64,000 nucleotides of DNA from Azolla caroliniana (GCA_043228905.1 JBHGNT010000016.1:2294001-2358000), one strand, 5' to 3'. Shown: positions 38,345 to 49,700, counted from the first letter of the stretch. Notes: generated by a model not told the origin, from the sequence alone. Made by a program: numbers and translations.

Positions 38345-39040
38345 TGTTTTGGATTAGGAATAATAAAACTGACCACACATGATTAACAAATGTAACAAAC
38401 GGAAGACAAAGCAAACAAGATTTTAACATGGAAAACTGTAATGGGGAAAACCCACGACAATCTCTCGGTACCAAAATTTTCACTATCTTTGAGCATATAG
38501 GTAGTCAACAATATTTCTAGATAACTCTTGAGGAATACCAAAATCTCAAGATGCCAACCTTGGCAAAAGTGTTTGTCTCATTTAGTGGACAGAACGCAGA
38601 AAACAAAAAGACAAAACATAGAACAAAGGCACCTAATTCAGACGAATAGGGAAATGCTCACAGATTCTCACGTCTACAGGGTTTGCTTGATCTTCAGCCA
38701 CGCTCGTGCTCTCTGATGTTCTCTTCTTATGTTCACTTACACTCTTTTGGCACTATCTAGTATCTACCATAATCAGCCATGAACAAAAAAACCTAACTTG
38801 GTTTGTTGGCACTTCGGCCATCTTTAGCCTTTCAGCCCTTAGCTGGCTTTCGGCCTTTAAAGTTTATCACATGAGGAGGGAAGCAAACACAACAAAATCT
38901 TCAAAAGTTCAATTAGGACAACCCCAAATTATTGTCATGTATTTGGCATATCTTTTCCCCATACATCATATTTCAATATTGCGTGAATGTCATAATTTGA
39001 TAGTTCTATCTCAAAAATCACATATGTCTCTCTCAATGAA
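38345..39040 (-). mobile_element. Possible decayed copia-type LTR
   Basis: TTAACATGGAAAACTG..GGGGAAAACCCACG resembles TTAACGTGGAAAACCC..GGAAAAACCACGGG in the copia LTR at ~53857; boundaries unclear. Confidence 0.4.
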
Positions 39041-39079
39041 TCATATTTGTTCTTATTTTAGAGAAAAAACATGTGAAAC

Positions 39080-39127
<48 letters not shown>

Positions 39128-39186
39128 GACGACGACGACGATGATATACTTACGTCCCAAAAGGGCATAGGTATGACCTTCAGACC

Positions 39187-39579
39187 TGTTGAGAATCAAG
39201 CTCAACTTGGTCTAGTGTGTGAACTCATATTGAGAGTGAATAGACACTCCAACAGTCAAGAGTCACCATTAAGTCACCACTTTGTATTCTAGCATTTAGT
39301 ATGAGTCATAGAATCATATTCTATGACACATAACGTATGAGATTTCACATTCCCCATGCTCCATGAGTCTTGTAGTTAATGAAGAGAGAGGGTGACTATA
39401 TAAAGCACCCTCCTCCCACCTTGTATTGTGTCAAGTCTTTCTCTTTTGTTAATATACTTTTACCTTGCGTATTCTCTGTGTCCTACTCCTTGTCTCACTC
39501 ACTCACACACACTCTCTCTCATACACATACATAACTCACATCTCTTCCGCTTCACAAGAATCATATCCGATTCTTTACA
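39187..39579 (+). mobile_element. Solo LTR
   Basis: TGTTGAGAA...CTTTACA; near-TSD AGACC/GGACC; TATATAAAG at ~39397. Confidence 0.8.
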
Positions 39580-39640
39580 GGACCTAACACGACCATAACA
39601 AGACAATCTCCTATGTTGGTGCAAAGGGCGTAGCTACAAC

Positions 39641-40104
39641 TGTTAGGAAACAGGTCCCTCCAGATGGGAAATGAGAAGATTAGTACTGATGAGCAAACTC
39701 GGCCGAGGCCAAAACCGGATGTGGAAGATCCGGCTACGGAAGACCCGGTGAGAACCGGATGTGGAAGATCCGGCTACGGAAGACCCGGTGAGAACCGGAT
39801 GACGGGTACCCGGCAACGGAAGACCCGGTGAGAACCGGATGACGAGTACTCGGCAAGCGCCGGATGATGCAGGCCCGGTGAGGAGTGTTCACCGGATGAA
39901 GGGACATATTCGTAAATATGTTTATGAGAGTCCATCGGGGCTATATTTGTAAATAGCCGAAAATTCATATTAGTATAAATATGACTTAGGGAAAACTTAG
40001 TAGTTGTTGTCATTCTTGTTGGCGCAAGATTAGAGCGCGCAACTGTGTACAGAGAGAGTGAGAGAGAGGAAGAGGTCGTTGCCTCTGTTGTAACCGCCGC
40101 CTGT
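39641..40104 (+). mobile_element. Copia-family LTR (related to 53742-54344), interrupted by the Athila/Tat-like element; U3 carries 40-bp tandem repeats
   Basis: Starts TGTTAGG; reverse complement matches CCCTAAGTCATATTTATAC..GGCTATTTACAA..ATATGTCCC of the copia LTR; repeat ACCGGATGTGGAAGATCCGGCTACGGAAGACCCGGTGAGA at 39714-39840. Confidence 0.8.
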
Positions 40105-41394
40105 TGTTAACTCTTAGGACCGGACAATGGCCTAACACAGGGTGTCTACGGAAGACACTTCACCAAAGGGGTGTTACGGCAATAGGATTAGACTCAACGA
40201 TTAATCCGACTTAATTAGGCTACTTAACAAGATCGTCCTTAATAATCACACGCGTAAGATATAACAATGAATGCAAAACGACAATTAACATAGAGAGATA
40301 ACAACACTAACCTTTATTAATTAACCGCTGCTCATTACATTGTATCCGGGCCTTTAAATAGGTTTCCGGTCTGTAGTACAAAACGGTGCCATCCGCACCT
40401 GTTCAGGATCGGTCCGGATCCGGAATGGCATACCGATTCCGGTCCGTCCATCCACACTACTAATAGCTTACATACAACCATTCCTAATAATTAAATAACT
40501 CCTTCGTTTCACACTCTGGACTCCTTTTGCCGATCGGTAACACATGGCACGCCCGTGGGACAATACCCGTGGCACGCCCGTCGAACCCACCATCCGACCC
40601 TTGCTATTCTTTGTCCAAAATATCCAAAATGCTTTGTTCGAGAGTCTCCAATGGTTCATCTGGAATTGGTTGTTGTTGTTGTTGTTGTTGTTGTGGTTGC
40701 TGCTGCTGCGACTGGTCCTTTGGTGGCTGTTGCGGCTGCTCCTCCGTTTGTTGCTCTGACACCAGCGTTTCCGTCGTTACTCCCTCTGTCGTAGTGGTCT
40801 CTGGTTGACTAGTTCCGGCCTGGCCCTCAACCGGCGACGGGTCCTCATCACTAAGGTTAACCGTTACCGCTTCCCGTGCTTTTTCTTCCCGAACCCGGGA
40901 CTGCTCGTAGCTTTCAAACTGGATTTGAGCGTCCAGCCTATCATCGTCTAGCTGAGCTACGAGTTGCCGGACCTGCGCCAGCTGTTCATCCGCCAGGACT
41001 TGGAAGTCGTCGGCCAGCTCGTCCCGTATGGCGGTGAAGTCCTCGGAAGTCCACGTGTAACAATCATCTCCTTCCTTCCGCCGGTTTGCCACGTCTGCCC
41101 GTAGCAATTGGAGTTCCGCCGCATTTTGTGCCCACTTTGTCCACCATCTTACGGAGCTTTCGTCAATCAAGCGTTTTGTCTGATTCAACCATGCCCGGAG
41201 GATGCATTGAATCCGGCCCGTTCCCAATTGCGATTTGATCTCCGCCGCTTGCCGTTCCTCTTTCAATTGCTGTCAGGAACTCTATTAAGGCAGAGAAGGA
41301 ATTAGTACTAAAAGAAGGATTAGTACTATTGTTGGGGAATAGTACTAAGACAGAGAAGGATTAGTACTATGAGAGGTGTGAGAAGGAATGAGTA

Positions 41395-41441
<47 letters not shown>

Positions 41442-41723
41442 TGATGCGAAAGATATATGTATTATATGAAGGAAGATATACAACAGTAGTTAGAAGGCTT
41501 AAGACTGGCGTTGAACCGATTTGGTTCGAACTAATGCCTTGCGCCTCCTTTTATAGTGTCTTCAGGAATACTCCTGAAGTTTCTAGAATGTTCCAGAGAA
41601 ATCTGGAATATACATCAATTTCCCAATAAAACCTAAATGAAAATAATATCCTTCAAATTACAATTCATAACCTAATGGTAAAGTCTCGACCCGTGTAACA
41701 AAAGGTTATGGGTTCGAGTCTAG

Positions 41724-44700
41724 TTATGACACTATCCCCCCTTTAAAACGACGAGTTCCACGAGTCGTTTTGGATTGAGGACCCGGTTTCTCGGGATATC
41801 GTCGATGGAAGTCTTCTAGAAGAGCACGAGCATTGGTCACATTCTCGATCGGTTCCCAAGTACGCTCGCTGGGACTATATCCTAGCCAATCGACTAGATA
41901 GTAGAGCTTGTTGCGAACAATCTTGGAATCGAGGATGGCAGCGACCTCATACTCAGGTCCATCTTCGAGCTCGATAGGAGGTGGTGGTTGTATAGTACGT
42001 CCTGGGATAGTGCTCTCGTGATAGGGTTCGAGGAGAGAACTATGAAACACCGGATGTATCCGAAGTTGCGGAGGTAGCTCGAGACGAAAAGCGACATCAT
42101 TAATCTTCCCGATAATACGGAAAGGACCTAATCGCCGATAATCCAACTTCTCACATGGGCGAGTAGTCTTGATGTGTCGTCGTAGCAGCCACACCCGATC
42201 TCCAATGTTAAAACTGGATGGAAGTCGATGACGATCTGCGTAGTCCTTGTGTGATTGTTGAGCTTGCTGGAGTTGAGTAGATAAATCCGCTTGTATCTTG
42301 CGTAACCGCTCCAAACGATCCTCCGCGCAAGGATTTGTGGACACTTCTGGGGTTTCAAGGACACACCACCGGGGATGATATCCCGTATAAGCGTAGAATG
42401 GCGTGACTTTAGTCGATGCGTGGATAGTGTTATTATAGGCAAATTCGGCGAACTGAAGAATATCTGCCCAGTCATTCTGATGATAGTTGAGAAAGCACCG
42501 CAGATACTGCTCCAGTGTTTGATTTGTTCGTTCGGCTTGACCGTCGGTTTGTGGGTGGTAGCCGGAGGAGAGGTTACAAGTGACCTTCAGCATTTTAAAA
42601 AGGTGCTTCCAGAATTTTGACACAAACTGGGGTCCACGATCGCTGATGATATTATCAGGGAGTCCATGATGCCGACATACTTCCCGCATGACAATTTCGG
42701 CGGTGTCTTCACTAGATATTTCTTTAGTACATGGTAAGAAATGAGCCATCTTCGTATATCGATCCACCACTGTGAGAATCGCACTGAATCCCTTAGAGAC
42801 TGGAAGATCTGTAATGAAGTCAAGAGCAATGGATTGCCATGGCTTGCTTGGAATTGGTAATGGTTCTAATAAACCATATGGATGATGTCTTGGCATTTTC
42901 GCTCTGCAGCATGTATCGCAAGTCCGAACAAAATCTTCGACAAATTGTCGCATACGGGGCCACCAGAATGATCGTTGTACTAAATCTAATGTTTTAGTAC
43001 TACCAAAATGTCCTGCTGTATATGTGTCATGGCAATTTTGTACTACTCGAAGGCGGCAAGAACCATTAGGAACATACAAAAGTTCTTTAAAGAAGAGTAA
43101 TCCATCACAGTATTTGAATTGCCGATAATCCGTACCTGGTGATTGTGATTGTGAACATGACGCTCGAGAGGGGTCAATTTGTGCTAGTATAGCTTGGGCG
43201 AAAGCGTCAGTCTTCAAGTCCTCACGTATAGTATTGGTAATGTCGGAATCCACGGGCATGTCAAAGACTTGTGCTGCTTGCAGTCGTGCTGGACCCAAGA
43301 TTACTTGCTTCTGGTTATCGAAAGCTGGCTCACCGGGACGTGGTGTTAGATACGAACGCCGTGATAATGCATCTGCCTTCCCTTGGTGCTTCCCCGGACG
43401 ATATGTAATTTTGAAGTCGAAGCGTGTGAGGAAGTGGGCCCACCGAGCTTGACGTCGATTCAGTACACGAGCATCTTGAAAGTAGGCAAGGTTCTTGTGG
43501 TCACTGAATACAGTGACCTGATGAGGAGATCCCTCCAGGAAATGCCTCCATTGCATAAAAGAATCAACTATTGCTAATAGCTCTTTATCATGAATTTCGT
43601 AGTTGATTTCGGCGGCATCAAACTTACGGGAGTGGAAAGCCACAGGATGTAGCTTCTCGTCGTTACCCTGTTGTGACAGAATGCTCCCCAATGCGAAATC
43701 CGATGCGTCAGCTTCGATAATGAATGGTTTTTCCGGATCCACATGACCTAAAATTGGAGCTGATGTAAACGCCTTCTTAAGACTCTCGAAAGCCATGTCC
43801 GTCTCTTTAGACCAAATGAATGATTGTCCCTTCCTGGTGAGCTGTGTGAGAGGCAGCACAATTTTTGAGTAATTTTGTATGAACTTCCGGTAAAAATTTG
43901 CAAAGCCTAGGAAGCATTGCACATCCCGCACCGAACGCGGAGTGTGCCATTCTATCACCGTTTTCACCTTGGCTGGGTCCATAGATATGCCTTCTGAGGA
44001 GATGACATAGCCGAGAAATTCCACTTGGTTGCACCCGAAACTACATTTCTCTAACTTTGCATACAGACCATGTTCTCGAAGTCGTTTTAGTACTAATAGT
44101 ACATGAGAATCATGTTCTTCTTGGGTCTTTGAATAAACCAGTAGATCATCCAAATAGATGATCAAAAAATCATCCAAGAGATCTCGAAATATATCATTCG
44201 CCATGTGCTGGAAGACTGCCGGCGCATTAGTGAGTCCGAACGGCATGACCGTATACTCGAAGTGCCCATATCTGGTGCGAAACGCGGTCTTCCATTCATC
44301 TCCTGGTCGGATCCGTACGAGGTTATAGGCTCCTCGTAAGTCGATCTTCGTGAAGAACCTGGCACCGTTGATCCGTTCTAAAAGACTTGAGATAAGGGGA
44401 AGAGCATACCTATTTCTTACTGTGACCTTATTCAAGCCACGGTAATCTACAACGAGTCGAAGCGAGCCATCTTTTTTCTTGACGAAGAAAATGGGTGCAC
44501 CGGCTGGAGATTTCGAATGCCGAATGAAACCGTTCTCCAAATTCTCCTCTATATAGGCTCGGAGGACTTCTAGCTCGGTTGGTGACAAATTGTAGATCGG
44601 CCCCCATGGCGGCTCTTTTCCCGGTTGTAAGTCGATGGCGCAATCGTACGGCCGATGATGAGGAAGTGTGTTGGCTTGTACTTTATCGAACACATCAGCA

Positions 44701-45320
44701 TACTGACGATACTTCTCGGGAAGTTGAACGGTGGACTCCTCTTTGGTGGTGCTGGAGGGTTGTACTGATATTGCGAAGAGAAACATTTCCTCCTTGCGCC
44801 CTTCCTCACGCAACTGATGTAGCGAAATGGTTGCAACCTTCTGGGTAGATCCTTGGGTTTGTCGCAACCGGATTTCCCTTGTCCTCCAATCTATGTCTGG
44901 GTTATGTAACTCGAACCATGGTAATCCTAAAACTATGGGATGTTCTGGAATACTAATAATATTAAATGATACTACACATGTTAAGTTATCTAGGACAATA
45001 TTAACGGGTTCCGACTCTTCTATAATATTACCAGAAGCAATGGGACGACCATCAATGACTACTACTGAGGCTGGACATGGGAGCTTTCTGAGAGATATCT
45101 GATGAGCTTGGGCAAAATTCCTATCCATGAAGCAAGAATTAGCTCCGGAATCTAGAAGGGCTAAGGTATGTACTGGAGGGGTACTTTTAGTACTAACTGC
45201 TACTTGGGCTACGAACACATCACTAACTTGCTTAGAGGGAATGGAACCACTAATGGGCTGCACAGATCTAGGGCTGTCCAACCAAACGGCTCCTATTTTG
45301 GCTGGACTTAGTCGTTTAAC
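41724..45320 (-). CDS. pol: Pol: protease-RT-RNase H-integrase-chromodomain, entered by an inferred -1 frameshift
   Basis: LLDSGA, YLDD, DASDF, H..H..C..C, GPF, chromodomain YEVAAILD..YLVDWLGY..TWEP; ORF ends inside the 3' LTR. Confidence 0.95.
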   Translation of the reverse strand, partial: VKRLSPAKIGAVWLDSPRSVQPISGSIPSKQVSDVFVAQVAVSTKSTPPVHTLALLDSGANSCFMDRNFAQAHQISLRKLPCPASVVVIDGRPIASGNIIEESEPVNIVLDNLTCVVSFNIISIPEHPIVLGLPWFELHNPDIDWRTREIRLRQTQGSTQKVATISLHQLREEGRKEEMFLFAISVQPSSTTKEESTVQLPEKYRQYADVFDKVQANTLPHHRPYDCAIDLQPGKEPPWGPIYNLSPTELEVLRAYIEENLENGFIRHSKSPAGAPIFFVKKKDGSLRLVVDYRGLNKVTVRNRYALPLISSLLERINGARFFTKIDLRGAYNLVRIRPGDEWKTAFRTRYGHFEYTVMPFGLTNAPAVFQHMANDIFRDLLDDFLIIYLDDLLVYSKTQEEHDSHVLLVLKRLREHGLYAKLEKCSFGCNQVEFLGYVISSEGISMDPAKVKTVIEWHTPRSVRDVQCFLGFANFYRKFIQNYSKIVLPLTQLTRKGQSFIWSKETDMAFESLKKAFTSAPILGHVDPEKPFIIEADASDFALGSILSQQGNDEKLHPVAFHSRKFDAAEINYEIHDKELLAIVDSFMQWRHFLEGSPHQVTVFSDHKNLAYFQDARVLNRRQARWAHFLTRFDFKITYRPGKHQGKADALSRRSYLTPRPGEPAFDNQKQVILGPARLQAAQVFDMPVDSDITNTIREDLKTDAFAQAILAQIDPSRASCSQSQSPGTDYRQFKYCDGLLFFKELLYVPNGSCRLRVVQNCHDTYTAGHFGSTKTLDLVQRSFWWPRMRQFVEDFVRTCDTCCRAKMPRHHPYGLLEPLPIPSKPWQSIALDFITDLPVSKGFSAILTVVDRYTKMAHFLPCTKEISSEDTAEIVMREVCRHHGLPDNIISDRGPQFVSKFWKHLFKMLKVTCNLSSGYHPQTDGQAERTNQTLEQYLRCFLNYHQNDWADILQFAEFAYNNTIHASTKVTPFYAYTGYHPRWCVLETPEVSTNPCAEDRLERLRKIQADLSTQLQQAQQSHKDYADRHRLPSSFNIGDRVWLLRRHIKTTRPCEKLDYRRLGPFRIIGKINDVAFRLELPPQLRIHPVFHSSLLEPYHESTIPGRTIQPPPPIELEDGPEYEVAAILDSKIVRNKLYYLVDWLGYSPSERTWEPIENVTNARALLEDFHRRYPEKPGPQSKTTRGTRRFKGGIVS

Positions 45321-46423
45321 TCTTCTTCTAATTGGCTAAGGACATCAAATTTGTTTGCGAGATTCGGACTATTAGTACTATTAGGACTATTATGACTATG
45401 AGGACTATCAGAGATTCCTACTGAAATAGACTCGGGTTTAGTATAGTCAGAACTAACAACGACTTGGTTTACCTGCCTTCTTGGTCTATGGGGACAGTTT
45501 ATCGCGATATGCCCTGGTCCACCGCAATAAAGGCATAATCGGTTTGTTCGGCGTCGTTGCTTTTCCTCCTCCGATAGCGGCCCACGACGATGTGTAGTGT
45601 CAATTTCCATTGGAGTTGGAGTACTTACTGGAGGCGCATTATGTGACTCCCTTTGAAAAGGTTTTGCTACCACTGAGGCATAGGTAGGCTCGGATCTTGC
45701 CCTCGGCATCTGAAATTGTCGTTCCGAACGTCGCTCGAAGAGGCGGTTGTCACATCTTACCGCTCGACTGATTGCTTCTGTTAATGATTTTGGCTCTTCA
45801 GGGAAAGTCAAGAGTAAATCCTTGACATCGTTGCGTAGACCATAGCGGAACTGCTCCATCAATGCTTGATCATCCCAGGGGATATCGGCGGCGAGTAGGC
45901 GGAAATCTGCAGCATATGCGGAGGCTGGACGGTCACCTTGGCGTAATCGCCGGATTTTGTTGATTGCAGTCCTTATGCTGTCAGTATCTCCAAAACATGC
46001 TTTAAACTCACTTATGAATTCTTCAAAATTATTTAGTACTGGAGATTCCTTTTCTAGTAGCGGAGCGAACCATGCTAATGCTGAGCCATTTAACAACGTG
46101 CCTACTAAACCCACTCGTGATGCATCGGTGGGATATCGGGACGGATGCATTTGAATAACTAACCGTACCTGGTTAAGAAACCCTCTAAACTGCGATCGCG
46201 TTCCATCGAACTTCGTGGGAAGGCCAATCTTGGGTTCTTTATGAATCCCTTGTGCTCCGTGCCCTTGTTGTTGCATTGCTACGATGGTTGCTTCGAGTTG
46301 TTGCACGCGTAACGCAAGTTCCCCATGCTGTTGTTGCGTTTGCTGCTTTTCTAAGGAAATTTGCTGAAGATCCCCCAACAAGTGTTGATTTTCTTGTTCC
46401 AAAGCATGAAACTTCTCTTTCAA
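45308..46423 (-). CDS. gag: Gag (retrotransposon capsid plus CCHC zinc knuckle)
   Basis: PTKFDGTR..LNGSALAWF..LRQG..YAADFR; CLYCGGPGHIAINC. Confidence 0.95.
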   Translation of the reverse strand: MKEKFHALEQENQHLLGDLQQISLEKQQTQQQHGELALRVQQLEATIVAMQQQGHGAQGIHKEPKIGLPTKFDGTRSQFRGFLNQVRLVIQMHPSRYPTDASRVGLVGTLLNGSALAWFAPLLEKESPVLNNFEEFISEFKACFGDTDSIRTAINKIRRLRQGDRPASAYAADFRLLAADIPWDDQALMEQFRYGLRNDVKDLLLTFPEEPKSLTEAISRAVRCDNRLFERRSERQFQMPRARSEPTYASVVAKPFQRESHNAPPVSTPTPMEIDTTHRRGPLSEEEKQRRRTNRLCLYCGGPGHIAINCPHRPRRQVNQVVVSSDYTKPESISVGISDSPHSHNSPNSTNSPNLANKFDVLSQLEEELND

Positions 46424-46703
46424 GCATTGAAATTCCGAGAAAACGGATTGATACTCTTAAGCGCTAACGGTGGCCATGGGATGAAGGAAAAGGGAAATAA
46501 GAGACTAGTAGGAAAGGAGGGAGACAGAAGGAAGAGGGAGAGAAAAGACCAGACAGGCACCCAGAAAATCGGTTCAAACTGTCAGGAACTCTATTAAGGC
46601 AGAGAAGGAATTAGTACTAAAAGAAGGATTAGTACTATTGTTGGGGAATAGTACTAAGACAGAGAAGGATTAGTACTATGAGAGGTGTGAGAAGGAATGA
46701 GTA

Positions 46704-46748
<45 letters not shown>

Positions 46749-49700
46749 TGATGCGAAAGATATATGTATTATATGAAGGAAGATATACAACAGTAGTTAG
46801 AAGGCTTAAGACTGGCGTTGAACCGATTTGGTTCGAACTAATGCCTTGCGCCTCCTTTTATAGTGTCTTCAGGAATACTCCTGAAGTTTCTAGAATGTTC
46901 CAGAGAAATCTGGAATATACATCAATTTCCCAATAAAACCTAAATGAAAATAATATCCTTCAAATTACAATTCATAACCTAATGGTAAAGTCTCGACCCG
47001 TGTAACAAAAGGTTATGGGTTCGAGTCTAGTTATGACAATTGCTTGATGATTTTGACGTTGTCTTCCGCCTGCTCCTTGTAATGCGTCAATTGCCTTTGA
47101 TATGTGCTTTGTAATTTCTGCAATACCGTTGACGCTCTCTCCTTTTCTTCCTGCTGCTGCCTCTAGAGCTCCATCCGGACCTTCTCCGCCTCGTCCAACC
47201 GTCTTGTATTTTCCGCACGTTCGTCGGCGATCGCCGTCGCGGCCCGATCAACTTCCTGTTGGAGCTCGGCCATCCGTTCCTTATGCTCCGTTTCCAACCG
47301 TTTGTAGTCCCGGTGCAGGTGCTCAAAATCATCTGTCTTTTGCTTGAGCCGTGCGTTGATATGTCGATGGGCCCGGTCCTCGCGGTCCTTCTGCTGGCAG
47401 AGCTCGTCCTTTAGCCATTCAATTTTCGTTTCCGCCGTCTTCCGCAGCTTGTCCTTTTCCTGCAACACTTTGTCTTTTTCCTCCCTTAGCCGGTCGTACG
47501 CTTGATGGCCTTTCCGGAGGCTCTCCTCTGCCCGGCAGAGGTTCTCAGTCGTCTTCTTTAATTCTGATTCAACCGCTGTCTTCAATTCCCGTTCCCGGCT
47601 CCTTATCGCTTCTTGTGCGGCAAGTTCATCTCTCAATTCCGCAAGCTCCCGGGCTTGCGCCGCATCTCTCTCCGGAACAGTTTCCGTTGTCGGGGTCTTA
47701 TTGGTATGTACAGGTTGATCTGTTTCTTTATTCTGTATACTTACCGGAGTCACCGGTGATTGGATTTGTGTTGCCGTTAAGGCCATTTTGGCCATCTTTG
47801 CCGTGACCTGATCCAAGTCTTTCTCAAGGCACCGGATTTTGGACCGGGCCGTCTCTAGTTGTTCGGTTGTGACGAGCAACCGTTCGCTTTGCGCTCTTTC
47901 TTCCGCCTCAATATACCCCACTGCTCCGGCAATTTGTTCGCCTATCCACCGGAGCCACAGGCTACCGGTGCATTGTTGTTGTGCTTGCACGGAGGTTTGA
48001 CAGATGGGCTCGCTTGTAGATGGGTGGTCCTGCCTGATTGCGCCGAGTTGCAATTCCGTTTCTGCCCGTGGACCACCCTGCTGTCCTGGTTCCCCTTGCG
48101 CTTCTTCTTGGTTGGCCGAGGGAGGCTGCATTGACCTTTCCGGCTCTGGCGGGATGGGACTTGCCGGTGTTGCCGGTGGTGCAGGGGCTTCTGATTCCGG
48201 TGCCATGCGCATCGGTTCCGGTTCCTCCCTTGGCGTGGGAGTCTCAGTATGGGGAGCCAGTGTTCCCTCCGTCTGAGGGTCCGAACATTTCCCGGTTGCC
48301 TCAACGGTCCTTGCTAACGACTGTCGCTGGAGGTGCTCCGTAGGCTCCTCCTCTATTTCCTCTTCCTGAGTCCCGACATTGAGTTTTGCCACCAAGGGGT
48401 CCGTTTCTCTATTCACCGGTCGGCGGAGTGTAACCTTTACGGGCCGTACCGGTGGTTCCTCCTGCGCATCTGTTGGCCGCTTCCGGCTGGCGCTCTCCTT
48501 TCTTGCCTGTTCTGTGTCCGCCGCCTTCCCCTTAGTGGCCATAGAGGCCAACAACTGTTGTCTTTTGGAAGCCGTCTTTGGGGTGCCGTACGCCACTCTT
48601 CCCCGCTTCTTGGGCTGGACGGGCTGGACAGGTGGCACAAGCAAGGTGAGCCACTGCATTACTGCGTGCCATATCCTCTGTCCTTCTCGGCCTTCTTTGC
48701 CGTCTTTTCCTCTAACGATCTCGATCGCCGCACACAAACCGTCTGCGATCAATACCGGTCAATCCACCTTGATCCCTTCATAGGTGGCGATGATCATCCT
48801 TGCCCGGTTCTGCAGCATGACAGGGGGTCTGGGGTACACATGGCCGTATTCGTAGAGCACACGGGCAATCTCGCGCAACATCATATCTTCGCCGCCCTGT
48901 GTCCGGTAGCCCTTGTTAGCTAGGGAGTACTCACCAAAATACTTGATGAGTTGGTCCGAGGTCGGATTGTCAATCGTGAATATGCCTCCCTCCGGAAGGC
49001 CTGTTAACGCACGGATCGCCTCCTCTGTTATGACCTCTGTGTCGATTTCTTTGATCACCTTGTCGGCTTCTTTGTGTGGTGGTACCTCCATAATCGTCAA
49101 GAAGCCCTCGAGCCCGTGTTGCTTTAGCCATTTCTTAGCGGCTTCCGACAACGTTTGCGGGTCCATGTCTGTGTCGAGGTCGGATTGTGGTGGCCAGGTT
49201 GGCTGGTGATGAGAGTGAGAGTGAGAGTTCAGAAGGCGGGGGTTCTCTGTGCGTAGGTTCTCATCTGATGATCTTGCAGCGCCTTGGTGCTTCTGTGCTC
49301 CTGGGTTTGCGAAAGTAGAGGGTCTCCACGTGCAGTGGTTTTTCTCTGTGCATTCTGGCGCCTTTTTCGAGTGTGTGCACGTCGTGTACTAAAATAGCAT
49401 TATGTCCTGTGGTGGCGCTTAAATGCCCACTACGTACCTTTTCGCTCCTCGCTCTTTCGTCCATTCATACCTCGCTTTTGCATGATTACTTCGATTTTTT
49501 TTTTTTTTTTGATAAATTTTAATGTGGTGTGAGGTTAGTTGTTCGTTGGTCCTATCAGACCCTTACCGGCCTCATTACGGTTTGCCGTCGCCTCATTCTC
49601 CCTTGTTACCGGCTTGCCGTCTCCTCCGTCTTGGTGGTTGCCGTTTCCTCACCAGTGTCGGTCCTTTGCTCAAATGGGTTCTTAGGCATCGGTCCTCTAT

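Larger units (their letters stand above)
41271..47038 (-). mobile_element. Intact, very young chromovirus (Tcn1/Tf1-sushi-like Ty3/gypsy)
   Basis: LTRs 41271-41731 and 46580-47038 appear identical except (GA)20 vs (GA)19; 5-bp TSD ATTGC; PPT AAAGGGGGGATAG; intact gag and pol. Confidence 0.97.
40604..49166 (-). pseudogene. Extra ORF downstream of pol, ~930 codons once the chromovirus is removed (49166-47039 + 41265-40604); two premature stops
   Basis: ORFs 48759-49166, 47163-48752 and 40604-41266 join in one frame; stops are TGA (likely from TGG) and TAG (likely from CAG); frame restored across the ATTGC TSD (AAG CAA TTG AAA). Confidence 0.8.

Noticed and set aside
39686-39715. CTGATGAG as a hammerhead/retrozyme core
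   Set aside because: No stem II followed by GAAA in the right position; same for the CTGATGAG near 45099.
40543-40600. Absence of a clear polypurine tract before the 40105-40542 LTR, with a duplicated TGGCACGCCCGT
   Set aside because: Could be a degenerate PPT or a misplaced LTR boundary; the partner LTR is outside the window, so no claim is supportable.
47163-48752. Retroviral envelope gene
   Set aside because: No signal peptide or hydrophobic transmembrane segment visible; reported as a non-Env extra ORF instead.
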